A stretch of DNA of 64,000 nucleotides from an uncultured Pseudomonadales bacterium (GTDB lineage: Bacteria > Patescibacteriota > Microgenomatia > UBA1400 > CAYNFZ01), in contig CAYNMS010000001.1 of the NCBI GenBank assembly GCA_964398525.1, forward strand, positions 6,569-70,568, in the 5' to 3' direction. How positions within the stretch are numbered: position 1 is the stretch's first letter; every line of letters begins with the position of its first letter. Positions 33,544 through 43,970 of this stretch are shown piece after piece. A program made the position numbers and the translations under genes. The notes under the pieces are model-generated. The model saw only the letters and a list, made by a program, of their open reading frames with translations. It made no database searches and had not been told where the DNA came from.

Positions 33544-33556
33544 GTGTCTATTTTAC

Positions 33557-34783
33557 CTATTTGTTTCTTCGTTGATGCTCCTCAATCAAGGTTGACAATA
33601 CAATTCCCCCTGCCCCCATGCCCACCACCACCAACCAAATTATCTCTTCCCTCCACATTAACACTAAAGCCAAAATCAACAATACTAGAATCATCCAAAT
33701 CGACTGCCACAATATCCAATACACCACAAATGAAAACGTCTCCGGTCCCTTTGCTCTCTTAAATGCATACCCAAAGAAAAAATTCCTAGAGGTAGTCGAA
33801 AACAATTTATCCACACTATCCACCACCATTATTTGGGTCAAATTCTTCACCCACATTCTTACCCCCCACATCACTGCCCCACCAGCAGCTCCCAAAACCT
33901 GAAACTTTCTCATATTTGGTTTATCAGTTAATTTTGCCACCAAATATGTAAATACCACCGTTGCCAAAGCTGTCACCGACCCAAAAACACCTACCTTTTC
34001 AATGCTACCCACCAATAACATTACATAAATTGGCCAAAAATCCCCATACATTGAATCATTTATCAATCTTCCCCCCATCGCTATTCCTGCTTTTACAAAT
34101 GTCCATTCGCTCGTCCAATCTAAAAATTCCCGCCAACTCACCTCATCCAAATGCAAGTGATGCTTTAAAAATAAAGCCGGCACTCCTGCTAAAACCAAAA
34201 ATATAACAGCCACCCCAAACATATATTCATATCCAAATCTTGAAGCAATCAATGCCCCTATCAGTGGTGCGGCTACATGTCCAAGCTTTGACATTGCATC
34301 CAATCTGCCAAATTCAGTTCCCATGTTCTCTTCCTTTGATTCATCTGAAAACAAAGTAAAATAAGTCACCCAAAACGTGCAAATCACCAAACCATTCAAC
34401 ACCCCAGCCATCAACACATACCACAAATTCCTCGTAACACTTGCTTGGGCCAATAATAGAAACATACCCACTGATAATAAGGCAGAAACCAAAAGTGTTC
34501 TCCTGTATCCGATTTTTCGAATCAGTCCGTTTCCTACCCCCACTACTCCCCCTACCACCACCAATCTTGTTATCAACCAATACAAAACCACCAACAATAA
34601 CCCCCCCTTTATTTCACCACTCCAAAAACTCTCTCTACCAACTGAAAAAATAAATATCGAACTCAACACAGTCACCAAAGCATAAGCAATTTCTCTAAAA
34701 AAGGTCATTATCCACAGACCTTTTTGATCTTTAATTTTTCTTCTTCTCACCGAAAAAACAAATCTCGACCACAAATTCAACAT
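33557..34783 (-). CDS. MFS transporter
   Basis: 408 aa, about 12 TM helices, RKIGYRR loop. Confidence 0.8.
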   Translation of the reverse strand: MLNLWSRFVFSVRRRKIKDQKGLWIMTFFREIAYALVTVLSSIFIFSVGRESFWSGEIKGGLLLVVLYWLITRLVVVGGVVGVGNGLIRKIGYRRTLLVSALLSVGMFLLLAQASVTRNLWYVLMAGVLNGLVICTFWVTYFTLFSDESKEENMGTEFGRLDAMSKLGHVAAPLIGALIASRFGYEYMFGVAVIFLVLAGVPALFLKHHLHLDEVSWREFLDWTSEWTFVKAGIAMGGRLINDSMYGDFWPIYVMLLVGSIEKVGVFGSVTALATVVFTYLVAKLTDKPNMRKFQVLGAAGGAVMWGVRMWVKNLTQIMVVDSVDKLFSTTSRNFFFGYAFKRAKGPETFSFVVYWILWQSIWMILVLLILALVLMWREEIIWLVVVGMGAGGIVLSTLIEEHQRRNK

Positions 34784-34810
34784 ACCCTCACTCTAATACA
34801 CCCAAAGCCT

Positions 34811-35347
34811 TTATATAAGTCTCTCTTTGATTTCTTCAGTTATTTTCTCCAACACACTTTGCATTTCTTCTCTCTCAGCCTTCTTCATTTTCATCAATAC
34901 AAATTCCGCTCCACTGATTCTTCGTCTCATTTCCTCACTTCGATTGTCCACTCCTATCCTCACGCGCCAAAACTCCTTGGTCTTCAAAGCGTTTTCAACT
35001 GAATTCACTCCATTATGCACTTTCGGGCCCCGCGCCCAATCAATCTTATATTCTCCCCAGGATAAGTCCAAATCATCATGCACCACCCACAAACCCTCAG
35101 CTGTCACTTCTTCCTGCTTTTTTAGAGCATAAGCCACCGCCACCCCACTTCGGTTCATGTAAGTCAAAGGCTTCACCAACTCAACCTCTAGACCATTTAT
35201 TTTAACCCACACATATTCAAACAAACCGTTTTTGTTTTTATTCCAGCTTTTCTCTCCGGCCAATCTCTCCACCACACCATACCCCATGTTGTGTCGTGTT
35301 GCTTCATACTTTTCATCCGGATTACCCAAACCCACAATAATTTTCAT
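34811..35347 (-). CDS. pth: Peptidyl-tRNA hydrolase
   Basis: IVGLGNP, TRHNMG, KPLTYMNRSG, HDDLD and HNG. Confidence 0.97.
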   Translation of the reverse strand: MKIIVGLGNPDEKYEATRHNMGYGVVERLAGEKSWNKNKNGLFEYVWVKINGLEVELVKPLTYMNRSGVAVAYALKKQEEVTAEGLWVVHDDLDLSWGEYKIDWARGPKVHNGVNSVENALKTKEFWRVRIGVDNRSEEMRRRISGAEFVLMKMKKAEREEMQSVLEKITEEIKERLI

Positions 35348-35437
35348 TAAACCCCTTAATAATTCAGCTTCACCATTTTACACTCATAATTACATGATTT
35401 GACAAATAAAATCAGCTTTAGGTAAGGTAAAAGAACC

Positions 35438-37300
35438 ATGACGGACACCGCCTCCTCTTCTCAGCCAAATCTTTCCCAAGACCTTGCTGATATCCGTCTT
35501 CAAATTGAAAATCTTCAATTACCTGTTTCCGCTTTTCTGGGGATTCACATTAGCCCTGACCAAAACAGTTTCCAAGTCGCCAAAATTGGCGGTCAACGTA
35601 TTACCTTTCATCGCGAAAACACCTCCAAGTCTCAACTCGAACAAGATTTGCTCAACTGGATCCAAGCTCAAAGCCAAAATCAACTTAAAATTATTGCCGC
35701 CGGCTTAGGCAAACGTCATTCTCAAAATCCTCTCGTCTCCAAACTTTGGCTTGAGCATGACATAGTCCCTCATTTAATTTCACACCAAACCCACTCTGAT
35801 AAAGATGACATTATTGACACTGCTCGCAAAGTCTCTCATCTTTTCAACCCAGACAATTCCGCCAAACCAATTTTAAACGACGCTCATCGAGTCAAAGTCG
35901 CCTCCCTCGTCAAACTCTCCGACTACCAACAACTTCTCTCTCCCAACCGTTTCAAACAACTTACATCTCTAGCTCACTCATTTCAGGGTAAAAAACTCCG
36001 CTTTTTCTCCGCCACCCCTCAAGGCGGAGGTGTTGCCCTTATGCGTCACGCCCTCATTCGCCTTTATCACCTGCTGGGAGTTGATGCTCAATGGCATGTG
36101 CTCCAAGATAAACCTGAAGTTTTTGCTATTACCAAAACTAAATTTCACAACGTCCTCCAAAATGTAGCTGCAGCCAACGTTCGCCTTAACCCAACCGATC
36201 AAGAACTATTTAAAGCCTGGAGCCAGGATAACGCCCAATATTTCCAAGACGTGTTCAGCGATGCTGACGTGGTCGTTATCGACGATCCTCAACCAGCTGG
36301 TCTAGTCCCACATATTAGAAAACAAAACCGCCACGCCAAAATTCTTTACCGCTCCCACATTCAATTAGAGGCTCACCTCGCCAATGAACCAGGTACCCCC
36401 CAGCACGCTACTTGGGAGTTTATTTGGGATCAGATCAAGTCTGTTGACGGTTTCATTTCCCACCCCGTCAAAGGCTTTGTTCCAGCCAATGTTCCTTCAA
36501 ATTTGGTCGTCACCATGCCCCCGACCACCGACCCTCTCGATGGATTAAACAAACCACTTTCAGCTGAGCAACAAACCTACTATCTCAAACTCTTTGATAA
36601 ACTCCTACTTGAAACCAACCAAACCCCGCTCGATCTCAATCGTCCTATCATCACTCAAATTGCCCGCTTTGATCCCAGCAAAGGCATTCCTGATGTCCTC
36701 GATGCTTTTGCTCAACTTAGGAAAAAGCTCCAAGATTCTCACAAGCCTCAGCTCATTATTGCCGGTAACGGCAGTGTAGACGACCCAGACGGTGTCCCAA
36801 TTCTAAACCTTATTCGCCACACCCTCACTCAAACAAAATTTGCTTCTCTGGCTCCAGATATCAAAATCGCCCGTCTCCCTCACATTGATCAACTTCTCAA
36901 CACTCTCCTTCGTGTCAGCCACATCGTTCTCCAGCTATCCCACAAGGAAGGTTTTGAAGTCAAAGTTTCAGAAGCCCTCATGAAAGGTATACCTGTTGTC
37001 GCCTATCGGGCAGGCGGCATTCCTCTTCAGATCAAACATGGCCAAACCGGCTTTCTTGCCTCTGTTGGCAACATACCCCAAGTGGTTGATTATCTTCATC
37101 AGCTGCTCACAAAACCCAAACTGCACGCCCAAATATCTTCTCAGGCCACTTCAGCCGACCACTTTTGGGTCCAGACTCCCAGCAATGCCATTAACTGGCT
37201 CTTTTTGGCAGACCAAGTCTTAAAGCATGGTCAAATCTCCGGAAAAAACCAACCTCTCAGCTTGCTCTTGGATCAACACTTTGCTTCAAGCCTTTCCTAA
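35438..37300 (+). CDS. GT4 trehalose phosphorylase/synthase (long, fungal-type architecture)
   Basis: FFSATPQGGGVALMRHAL, IDDPQPAG, RSHI, QIARFDPSKG, DDPDG and EGFEVKVSEA. Confidence 0.85.
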   Translation: MTDTASSSQPNLSQDLADIRLQIENLQLPVSAFLGIHISPDQNSFQVAKIGGQRITFHRENTSKSQLEQDLLNWIQAQSQNQLKIIAAGLGKRHSQNPLVSKLWLEHDIVPHLISHQTHSDKDDIIDTARKVSHLFNPDNSAKPILNDAHRVKVASLVKLSDYQQLLSPNRFKQLTSLAHSFQGKKLRFFSATPQGGGVALMRHALIRLYHLLGVDAQWHVLQDKPEVFAITKTKFHNVLQNVAAANVRLNPTDQELFKAWSQDNAQYFQDVFSDADVVVIDDPQPAGLVPHIRKQNRHAKILYRSHIQLEAHLANEPGTPQHATWEFIWDQIKSVDGFISHPVKGFVPANVPSNLVVTMPPTTDPLDGLNKPLSAEQQTYYLKLFDKLLLETNQTPLDLNRPIITQIARFDPSKGIPDVLDAFAQLRKKLQDSHKPQLIIAGNGSVDDPDGVPILNLIRHTLTQTKFASLAPDIKIARLPHIDQLLNTLLRVSHIVLQLSHKEGFEVKVSEALMKGIPVVAYRAGGIPLQIKHGQTGFLASVGNIPQVVDYLHQLLTKPKLHAQISSQATSADHFWVQTPSNAINWLFLADQVLKHGQISGKNQPLSLLLDQHFASSLS

Positions 37301-37353
37301 TCCGTCACTTTTTCCCTTATTCCTCCTATCCATATCGGTTAAAATGGTGATCT

Positions 37354-38457
37354 ATGCCAAAAATCGTTTCTATTTTTGCAGCCCCTGAAGGTCATTTAAG
37401 TATCGCCCAAGCCTTGTATGAAAAACTCTCAGATCAGGGTTTCGATGTTCACCTCAATCTCTACGGGGACCGTGAATTTATACTTTATCGTCCTTTTTAT
37501 CGGTCTTTTCCCAAATTATGGAAAATCCCCTACACCCTAGGAGAAAGGAAACTCGCTCGCTTAACTGCCACCAAATATGCCCAGCGCCAATATCTCAAAT
37601 CCATCAAATCCGATTTAGCCGACCAAAAACCTCATGTGGTTATCAGTACCTGGTTTATGTTCAACCCCATCTTGGAATCACTATCCCCCACTCACAATTT
37701 TCTCCACTTAAACCTGGTCCCCGACCCTTGGTCGTTTCACCCCATAACTGTCTCCCAAATCTCCCCCAATCTAATCTTCGATGACCAAGCTGCCACTTTT
37801 TGCCACCAAATTGGCATCAAAAAAAACCTTGTTTTCCCGATTGGTTGGTTCGTTCGTCCCGCCTTTGAAGCTTCCTACCAAAAATCCGCCATTCAAAAAC
37901 AACTCAGTCTCGACTCTCGCCTAACCTTTTTAATTACCGGCGGCAGTGAAGGCAGTAATAAAATCTACGACCTCGTTTCTTCTCTGTGTCAACAAAACCA
38001 TCGCCTCCAAATTATTGTCATCTGTGGCACTAACCAGCAACTTTTCTACAAAATTTCCAAGCTCCTTTCTTCCTCCAGTCAAACCCGTCTTGTTCCCTTA
38101 GGTTTTACTCACCAAATCCACCAATACATGCAGGCAGCCGATTTAGTCATCGGCAAAGCCGGACCCAATCAAATATTCGAGTCAGTTGCCACCCACACTC
38201 CTTTTTTTGCCATTACCCACCTCCCCGGACAAGAAGATGGTAATCTTGAACTCATTCAAACCTACAAGCTTGGTTATGTCGAAGAACGTCCCCAGCCAGC
38301 CCTCTCGCTTCTCCAGCGCCTTATCCACTCCCCTAAATTACTAGAATCATCAAAAGACCCTCTTGCCTCCCTTGCCAAAACCAATCAACAATCCATAAAT
38401 CATCTCATCAAGCTCATCGACCAACATCTTGCCAGTAAAAAACTTAATTTCTCCTAA
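37354..38457 (+). CDS. MGDG synthase/UgtP-like GT28 glycosyltransferase
   Basis: GHLSIA, TGGSEG, ICGTN, ADLVIGKAG and PGQEDGN. Confidence 0.85.
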   Translation: MPKIVSIFAAPEGHLSIAQALYEKLSDQGFDVHLNLYGDREFILYRPFYRSFPKLWKIPYTLGERKLARLTATKYAQRQYLKSIKSDLADQKPHVVISTWFMFNPILESLSPTHNFLHLNLVPDPWSFHPITVSQISPNLIFDDQAATFCHQIGIKKNLVFPIGWFVRPAFEASYQKSAIQKQLSLDSRLTFLITGGSEGSNKIYDLVSSLCQQNHRLQIIVICGTNQQLFYKISKLLSSSSQTRLVPLGFTHQIHQYMQAADLVIGKAGPNQIFESVATHTPFFAITHLPGQEDGNLELIQTYKLGYVEERPQPALSLLQRLIHSPKLLESSKDPLASLAKTNQQSINHLIKLIDQHLASKKLNFS

Positions 38458-39455
38458 TTCACAATCATCATTTGCACCACCACAAAGCTAAAGTAAGCTC
38501 CTACTAACACCAACCCCTCTTGTCGTGACAGTTTGCGTTGACTGTATGTAAACCACCAAAACATGGCAAAAATCAAAATATAGAAAATTACACTTACCAA
38601 ATAAGTCATAGCCTCATCTCCCAACATAACCGGCGAAATCAACGCCACCGCACCTAGAATTAACGCTGAATTTGCTACCGTTGAACCAATAATATTCCCA
38701 AACGCCATCATGTATTCTCTTTTTCTAATCGTTCTTATTTCAAACGTTATCTCTGGCAAACTCGTACCAATTGACACCATAAAAAGCCCTACCAAAATTA
38801 CCGGAATTCCGATCAGCTCCGCCATCGACCCTGCCAACTTAACAATCAAATCCGACAACACAATCAACGCCGCCGACCCAACCACCAACTTAAACATTCC
38901 ATGCTCGATTTCCCTCTTCCCCAAAACTCTCAACACTTTGTGTCCCCAATCTTCCTCCTCCTCATAATACTCCTCACCCACTCTCTCCAGTCGTGCTTTC
39001 TTTTTCCTATTCATGGTGCTCACTACAAAAAACAGATACACCAGCAGCAACACACCCCCATCAATTCTGGATAGTTTCTTATCCATTAACATCAGTAGAG
39101 GCAGCAGCGCCACCAAAAATGCATACAAGATATCTTTTTTGTAAACTTGATTTCTTGCCTTAACCACCCCCGACAATACCGCCGCTCCTCCAATCACCAA
39201 TGAAATATTGGCCAAGTTACTGCCAATCACCACCCCCAAAGGTAACGTTGCCTCATTCTCAAGTGCGCTTGTCAGCCCCACAAACAACTCAGGCAAACTC
39301 GTTGCCAACGCTACCAAAAAGGTTGTTAGTCCATAAGCTTCAAACGATGTCCCCTTAGAAAGCTGCTTAATCCCCACTACCAATATATCCGTGGCTCTAG
39401 ACAAAGCATAAGACAGACCAAGCAATAACAAAGTTAAAACCAACAAAACCATCAT
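38454..39455 (-). CDS. Sodium:calcium antiporter (CaCA/YrbG family)
   Basis: ATSLPE…GSN and GTSLPE…GN alpha repeats. Confidence 0.9.
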   Translation of the reverse strand: MMVLLVLTLLLLGLSYALSRATDILVVGIKQLSKGTSFEAYGLTTFLVALATSLPELFVGLTSALENEATLPLGVVIGSNLANISLVIGGAAVLSGVVKARNQVYKKDILYAFLVALLPLLMLMDKKLSRIDGGVLLLVYLFFVVSTMNRKKKARLERVGEEYYEEEEDWGHKVLRVLGKREIEHGMFKLVVGSAALIVLSDLIVKLAGSMAELIGIPVILVGLFMVSIGTSLPEITFEIRTIRKREYMMAFGNIIGSTVANSALILGAVALISPVMLGDEAMTYLVSVIFYILIFAMFWWFTYSQRKLSRQEGLVLVGAYFSFVVVQMMIVN

Positions 39456-42034
39456 ATCTGCAACAGTACCTTATTCCCTATTTTTATCTGATAATCATGA
39501 TGAATAAAGATCCATTTCACCGCTTCAATCATCGTGATGTTAATAAGTCCCATTACTAACAGAAGCAGCAATTCCAGCATACTTAGCGGTACCGTCTCAA
39601 GCATTCGACTTATGCTCGGCACATAAAGCCCACTCATCATCAATAAAAACCCGACCAGCACTGCCACCAGTAAAAATTTATTATTAGTCAAATTCTCATT
39701 CCATAGATTTGCCCGCAGACTTTTAATCGAAAATATATAAAGTAGTGAATTAGTTCCCACTCCCACAAACATAAACGTCCTTAATGCCTCTACCGTTTCA
39801 CCTTTTGAGTATAACCACCAATAAAGACCCAATAGCATTAAGTTCGAAATCACCCCCACAGCCAGTATTAAACTTCTGATTTCTGCGTCCAATATTGGTT
39901 TATTTCTCGCCCTTGGTTTCTCCTCCATCACTCCCTCATCACTCAAATCAAATGCCAAAGCCACTCCCGGCAAACCATCTTCCACTAAATTAATCCACAA
40001 TATTTGAATTGCCGTCAGTGGCAAAGGTAATCCCAATATCAAACTTCCGCCAATCAAAATCAATTCCTGAAACGCATCAGTCAATAGATATGTAACCACT
40101 TTGCGCATGGTTTCATAAATAACCCTCCCCTCCCGAATCGCCTCTACAATCGTCTTAAAGTTACTGTTAAGAAGTACCATGTCCGCCGTCTGCTTACTCA
40201 CATCACTGGCTTCATTCACCACCACTCCTATATCCGAAGCCTTCAACGCCGGAGCATCATTAACTCCATCCCCAGTCATGGCTACCACTTCCCCTTTTTC
40301 CTTCAAAGCTGTTACTATCGCCAATTTTTGGTCCGGTGTAGTCCTGGCAAACAACACAATCTCACCAATTCTCTTCTTCAGTTGCCTTTGTGTCAGTTCC
40401 TTTAATTCGTCTCCAGTTATCACTTGTTCATCAGACAGTTCTCCATGCTCACCTAGAAGTTTCTTTAAGACTGCCACGGCTGTATCTTTGTAGTCACCCG
40501 TAATCACCTTAACTTCCACTCCTGCTCTCCTGGCAGCCAACAATGACTCTGCCACCTCAGGTCTTAATGGATCCTCAAACGCCAAAAATCCCTGCCACCC
40601 CAAATCACTAAGTTTCTTCTCTACTTCTCCACTCGTCTTAACTCTTTTACTCGCCATCCCAATCAATCTATACCCCTGTTTGGCCATTTCCTTAATTTTT
40701 TGTAGTTCCTCTCGTTTTCTCTTCGGAGACATATAAGAGTGGTTTAGTACTACCTCCGGCGCCCCGGCCATACTCACCAAATAATCTTTAGTGTCTCGAT
40801 TCAAACTGGCCATATACTTATTCGCCGAAGAAAATGGGATTTCATCTACTCGTTCAAATTTCTTCCTCACTTCTGCCACAGTTTTCTGTGTGATTCTTTT
40901 TACTTGGGTCTTATCCATCTCTTGTTTAGCCCACGCCGACATTGCCAACCCTTCCTCATCCCTTTCATCGTTGGCTAGTATTGACGTCAAAACCAGTCCG
41001 TCTCTTTCTCCCACAAACTCAACTACTCGCATCTTTCCCTCAGTCAAAGTACCAGTCTTATCGCAACAAATCACCGACACGCTCCCCAAGGTCTCAGCCG
41101 CCACCAGTTTTCTCACTAATGCCTTACGCCTCAAAATCCGCTGCATGCCTAAAGCCAATATTACCGTCATCGAAACCGCCAGTCCTTCAGGAATTGCCGC
41201 CACCGCCATCGCCACCGCTGTCTTGAACATTTCCGCCACCGGCTCTCCTCTAACCACTCCAATCACCATAATTATCCCCGTCGCTCCCACCACAATGTAC
41301 ATCAACACTTTAGCCAACTCCGCCAATTTCACCTGAAGCGGCGTATCTTCTTCCTCAGTTGTGCTCAAACTCTGAGCAATCTTTCCCATCTCCGTTTTAT
41401 TTCCTGTTGCCAACACCAACATCTCCCCCACCCCTCCCGCCACCGTCGTCCCCATATACACAAACCCCTCTGCTTTCTTGTCATGAGGTCCGGGTATAAC
41501 TAACTCATCCAAACTTTCAATTTTTTCCCACTTAGCCACATTCTTAGACACCGGCCGACTCTCACCGGTCAATAACGCCTCATTCACCGACAGTAAATTC
41601 TCCTCAATCACCACTCCATCAGCCGGTATACTCCCTCCCGAATCCAAAAGCACGATATCCCCCGGCACCAATTTACTCATCAATATCTTCTCTTGCTTTC
41701 CATCCCGTCTCACCCTTACTTGTGGCTTCAAATAACTTTTCAGCGCCTCCAACGACTTGGCCGCTTTCCATTCCTGCCAAAACCCCAGCGTTGCATTCAC
41801 CACCACTACACCCAAAATTATTGCCGTGTCCAGCCACTCTTTCAAATAAATGGTTACCGCACCGGCAAACAACAACACATAAATCAATGGTGACATAAAC
41901 TGCGATACCAACAGTTTTCCCACCGAATACTCCCGCTTTTGTTCAAACTCATTCGCCCCCACCATCACCAATCGCTTTCTGGCTTCTTGGCTACTCAAAC
42001 CATATTCCAAATCAGTTAAGGGCAGTTTTCTCAC
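39452..42034 (-). CDS. P-type cation-transporting ATPase (P2A-like)
   Basis: TGES, PEGL, DKTGTLT and TGDGVNDAPALK. Confidence 0.95.
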   Translation of the reverse strand: MRKLPLTDLEYGLSSQEARKRLVMVGANEFEQKREYSVGKLLVSQFMSPLIYVLLFAGAVTIYLKEWLDTAIILGVVVVNATLGFWQEWKAAKSLEALKSYLKPQVRVRRDGKQEKILMSKLVPGDIVLLDSGGSIPADGVVIEENLLSVNEALLTGESRPVSKNVAKWEKIESLDELVIPGPHDKKAEGFVYMGTTVAGGVGEMLVLATGNKTEMGKIAQSLSTTEEEDTPLQVKLAELAKVLMYIVVGATGIIMVIGVVRGEPVAEMFKTAVAMAVAAIPEGLAVSMTVILALGMQRILRRKALVRKLVAAETLGSVSVICCDKTGTLTEGKMRVVEFVGERDGLVLTSILANDERDEEGLAMSAWAKQEMDKTQVKRITQKTVAEVRKKFERVDEIPFSSANKYMASLNRDTKDYLVSMAGAPEVVLNHSYMSPKRKREELQKIKEMAKQGYRLIGMASKRVKTSGEVEKKLSDLGWQGFLAFEDPLRPEVAESLLAARRAGVEVKVITGDYKDTAVAVLKKLLGEHGELSDEQVITGDELKELTQRQLKKRIGEIVLFARTTPDQKLAIVTALKEKGEVVAMTGDGVNDAPALKASDIGVVVNEASDVSKQTADMVLLNSNFKTIVEAIREGRVIYETMRKVVTYLLTDAFQELILIGGSLILGLPLPLTAIQILWINLVEDGLPGVALAFDLSDEGVMEEKPRARNKPILDAEIRSLILAVGVISNLMLLGLYWWLYSKGETVEALRTFMFVGVGTNSLLYIFSIKSLRANLWNENLTNNKFLLVAVLVGFLLMMSGLYVPSISRMLETVPLSMLELLLLLVMGLINITMIEAVKWIFIHHDYQIKIGNKVLLQI

Positions 42035-42098
42035 TCCCTCATCGTATCAGATATCCCGTCCCCACTAAACAATCAACTCAAGTAAATTTTAACCAACT

Positions 42099-43895
42099 CT
42101 ACACAATCCTCTTCAACTCTTCTGCGCTGGTCGCCTGTTCTGGATCTTTATCATCTCTAAACTTAACCAGTCTTGGAAATCTCAATGCCAATTTTGCCGT
42201 GTGTATCGGAGATTTAGTAATCTCATCCGCCGCTATCTCCACAACTAGCCCTGGAGCCAGCCACACATCCGCAGCTAAATTCTTGACCACCTCATATTCC
42301 TTCGGTTTTTGATTTACCGCCAGCTTGTCGGCTCTAGACTTCATCTCTCGCCATTGTTCATCTGTCAACCCCGTCCCAATCTTAGACAAGCTATAAAATT
42401 TACCTTCTTCAAATCCGTCTCCCTCCCCTCTTACTCCTACCAAAAACGCACCAATCCCAAACCTCGATCTTTTACCCCTCCCCGCGTAATACCCTAAAAC
42501 CATTGGGTCTACCGTATCCGATAATTTAGCCGCCGAACCCTCGATTTCTTTAAACTTCACCCAACTCCAACCTCTTCTGCCAGGCTCATAGACTCCATCC
42601 CACTTTTTCACCATCGCCCCTTCTAAGCCCTCAGCCAATTGATGGGCATGATACTCTCTTATCGCCTCTGCCCTTTCGGTTACCAACACTTCAGGCACTT
42701 CTAGTAACTCTCCATTAACCACTGTCTCTTCCAATATTTTTCGTCGCTCACTAAAAGGTAGTTTCACCAAACTCTTTCCATCTTTGTACAAAATGTCATA
42801 TACAAAAAACTTAATTGGTATCTCTTTAGCCGCTGCCGCAATTCCGTGTTTTCTCTTCCTCTGTATTGTCTCCTGAAACGGTCGCAGTGCCCCGGTTTCG
42901 GGATCAATCCCCACTCCCTCACTATCCAAAATCACCTCTTCTGCTTTCAAGTACTTCCCCACTTCCATTAGTTCCGGAAACATCTCACTCGTCTCATCCA
43001 AGTTTCGTGTAAAAGTCCTCACTTCCTCATTCATTCCCAGGTTTAATTCCAATAAGCTATCTTGTTCTTTCTTTGTTTCTTCTCGACCCATTCCTCCTCT
43101 TCTAAAATGTATCTGAACTCTTGTTCCGTCATACTTAGGTTCCACTGCCACTTTTCCCATCTTCTTAACCATCTCATCCGCACTTTTAAGTCTTTGTGCC
43201 AGTGCCGGAATTACCGGTACTCCCAATTCCACCTCCACTCTCTCTTCAACCTCATCACCAGAAAACTGTTTTACTAGTCTTGCAATTTTACCGATATCCG
43301 GGGAAATTTGATACGCCCCCTCCAATTGTTTCCGTTTCTCCTTTCCGCCAGTCTCCATCCATGAAAGCGCATCCAGAATCGTCATATCCGAAAATCCAAG
43401 TCTCAATTTCCCCACCACCATCCTGCCTACATACTTACCAGAAATCTCATCCAGCTCCCTAAATAATTCTGCCAAACCTGCTACTTTCCTTTCTTGGCTC
43501 CCCTGCCCCTGATCCGTGGCGATTTCAACCAATCGTTCATAGACATCCAAAATCCCCAACCCATCGCTTTCAGCCATTTCTTGAGAATTTATGTTATCGA
43601 TCTTAAATCGACCCACCACTCCCCCCAAATCACCCAACTTATTATATTCTGCCCTTACCGCTTCTACGTTTAATCCAAACGCCAAGGCTATCGCCCTCAT
43701 CACCATCTTTTCTGCCAAATTAAATTCCAGTCTGTCAAACTTGGGTCTCAATTGCCCCAAGCTCAAATTCACCACTACCGAAATCTCCTCTTCACTCACC
43801 TTGCCAAACAACTCTGCCAACAACGCTGTCATCTCCAGCCGAGAGGGTGTTTTCTCTAACCTCTCAAAATAGGCTGACAATTCACTAAATTTCAT
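42099..43895 (-). CDS. ATP-dependent DNA ligase (archaeal/eukaryotic three-domain type)
   Basis: EPKYDGTRVQIH, EGAMVK, WVKFK and LRFPR; N-terminal DNA-binding domain. Confidence 0.93.
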   Translation of the reverse strand: MKFSELSAYFERLEKTPSRLEMTALLAELFGKVSEEEISVVVNLSLGQLRPKFDRLEFNLAEKMVMRAIALAFGLNVEAVRAEYNKLGDLGGVVGRFKIDNINSQEMAESDGLGILDVYERLVEIATDQGQGSQERKVAGLAELFRELDEISGKYVGRMVVGKLRLGFSDMTILDALSWMETGGKEKRKQLEGAYQISPDIGKIARLVKQFSGDEVEERVEVELGVPVIPALAQRLKSADEMVKKMGKVAVEPKYDGTRVQIHFRRGGMGREETKKEQDSLLELNLGMNEEVRTFTRNLDETSEMFPELMEVGKYLKAEEVILDSEGVGIDPETGALRPFQETIQRKRKHGIAAAAKEIPIKFFVYDILYKDGKSLVKLPFSERRKILEETVVNGELLEVPEVLVTERAEAIREYHAHQLAEGLEGAMVKKWDGVYEPGRRGWSWVKFKEIEGSAAKLSDTVDPMVLGYYAGRGKRSRFGIGAFLVGVRGEGDGFEEGKFYSLSKIGTGLTDEQWREMKSRADKLAVNQKPKEYEVVKNLAADVWLAPGLVVEIAADEITKSPIHTAKLALRFPRLVKFRDDKDPEQATSAEELKRIV

Positions 43896-43970
43896 CCTAT
43901 CTCCTGTCTAAATCTCTCTGATTTTAACCTCTTGGGCTATACTTTGCACACCCACTCAGTACTCAAACTC

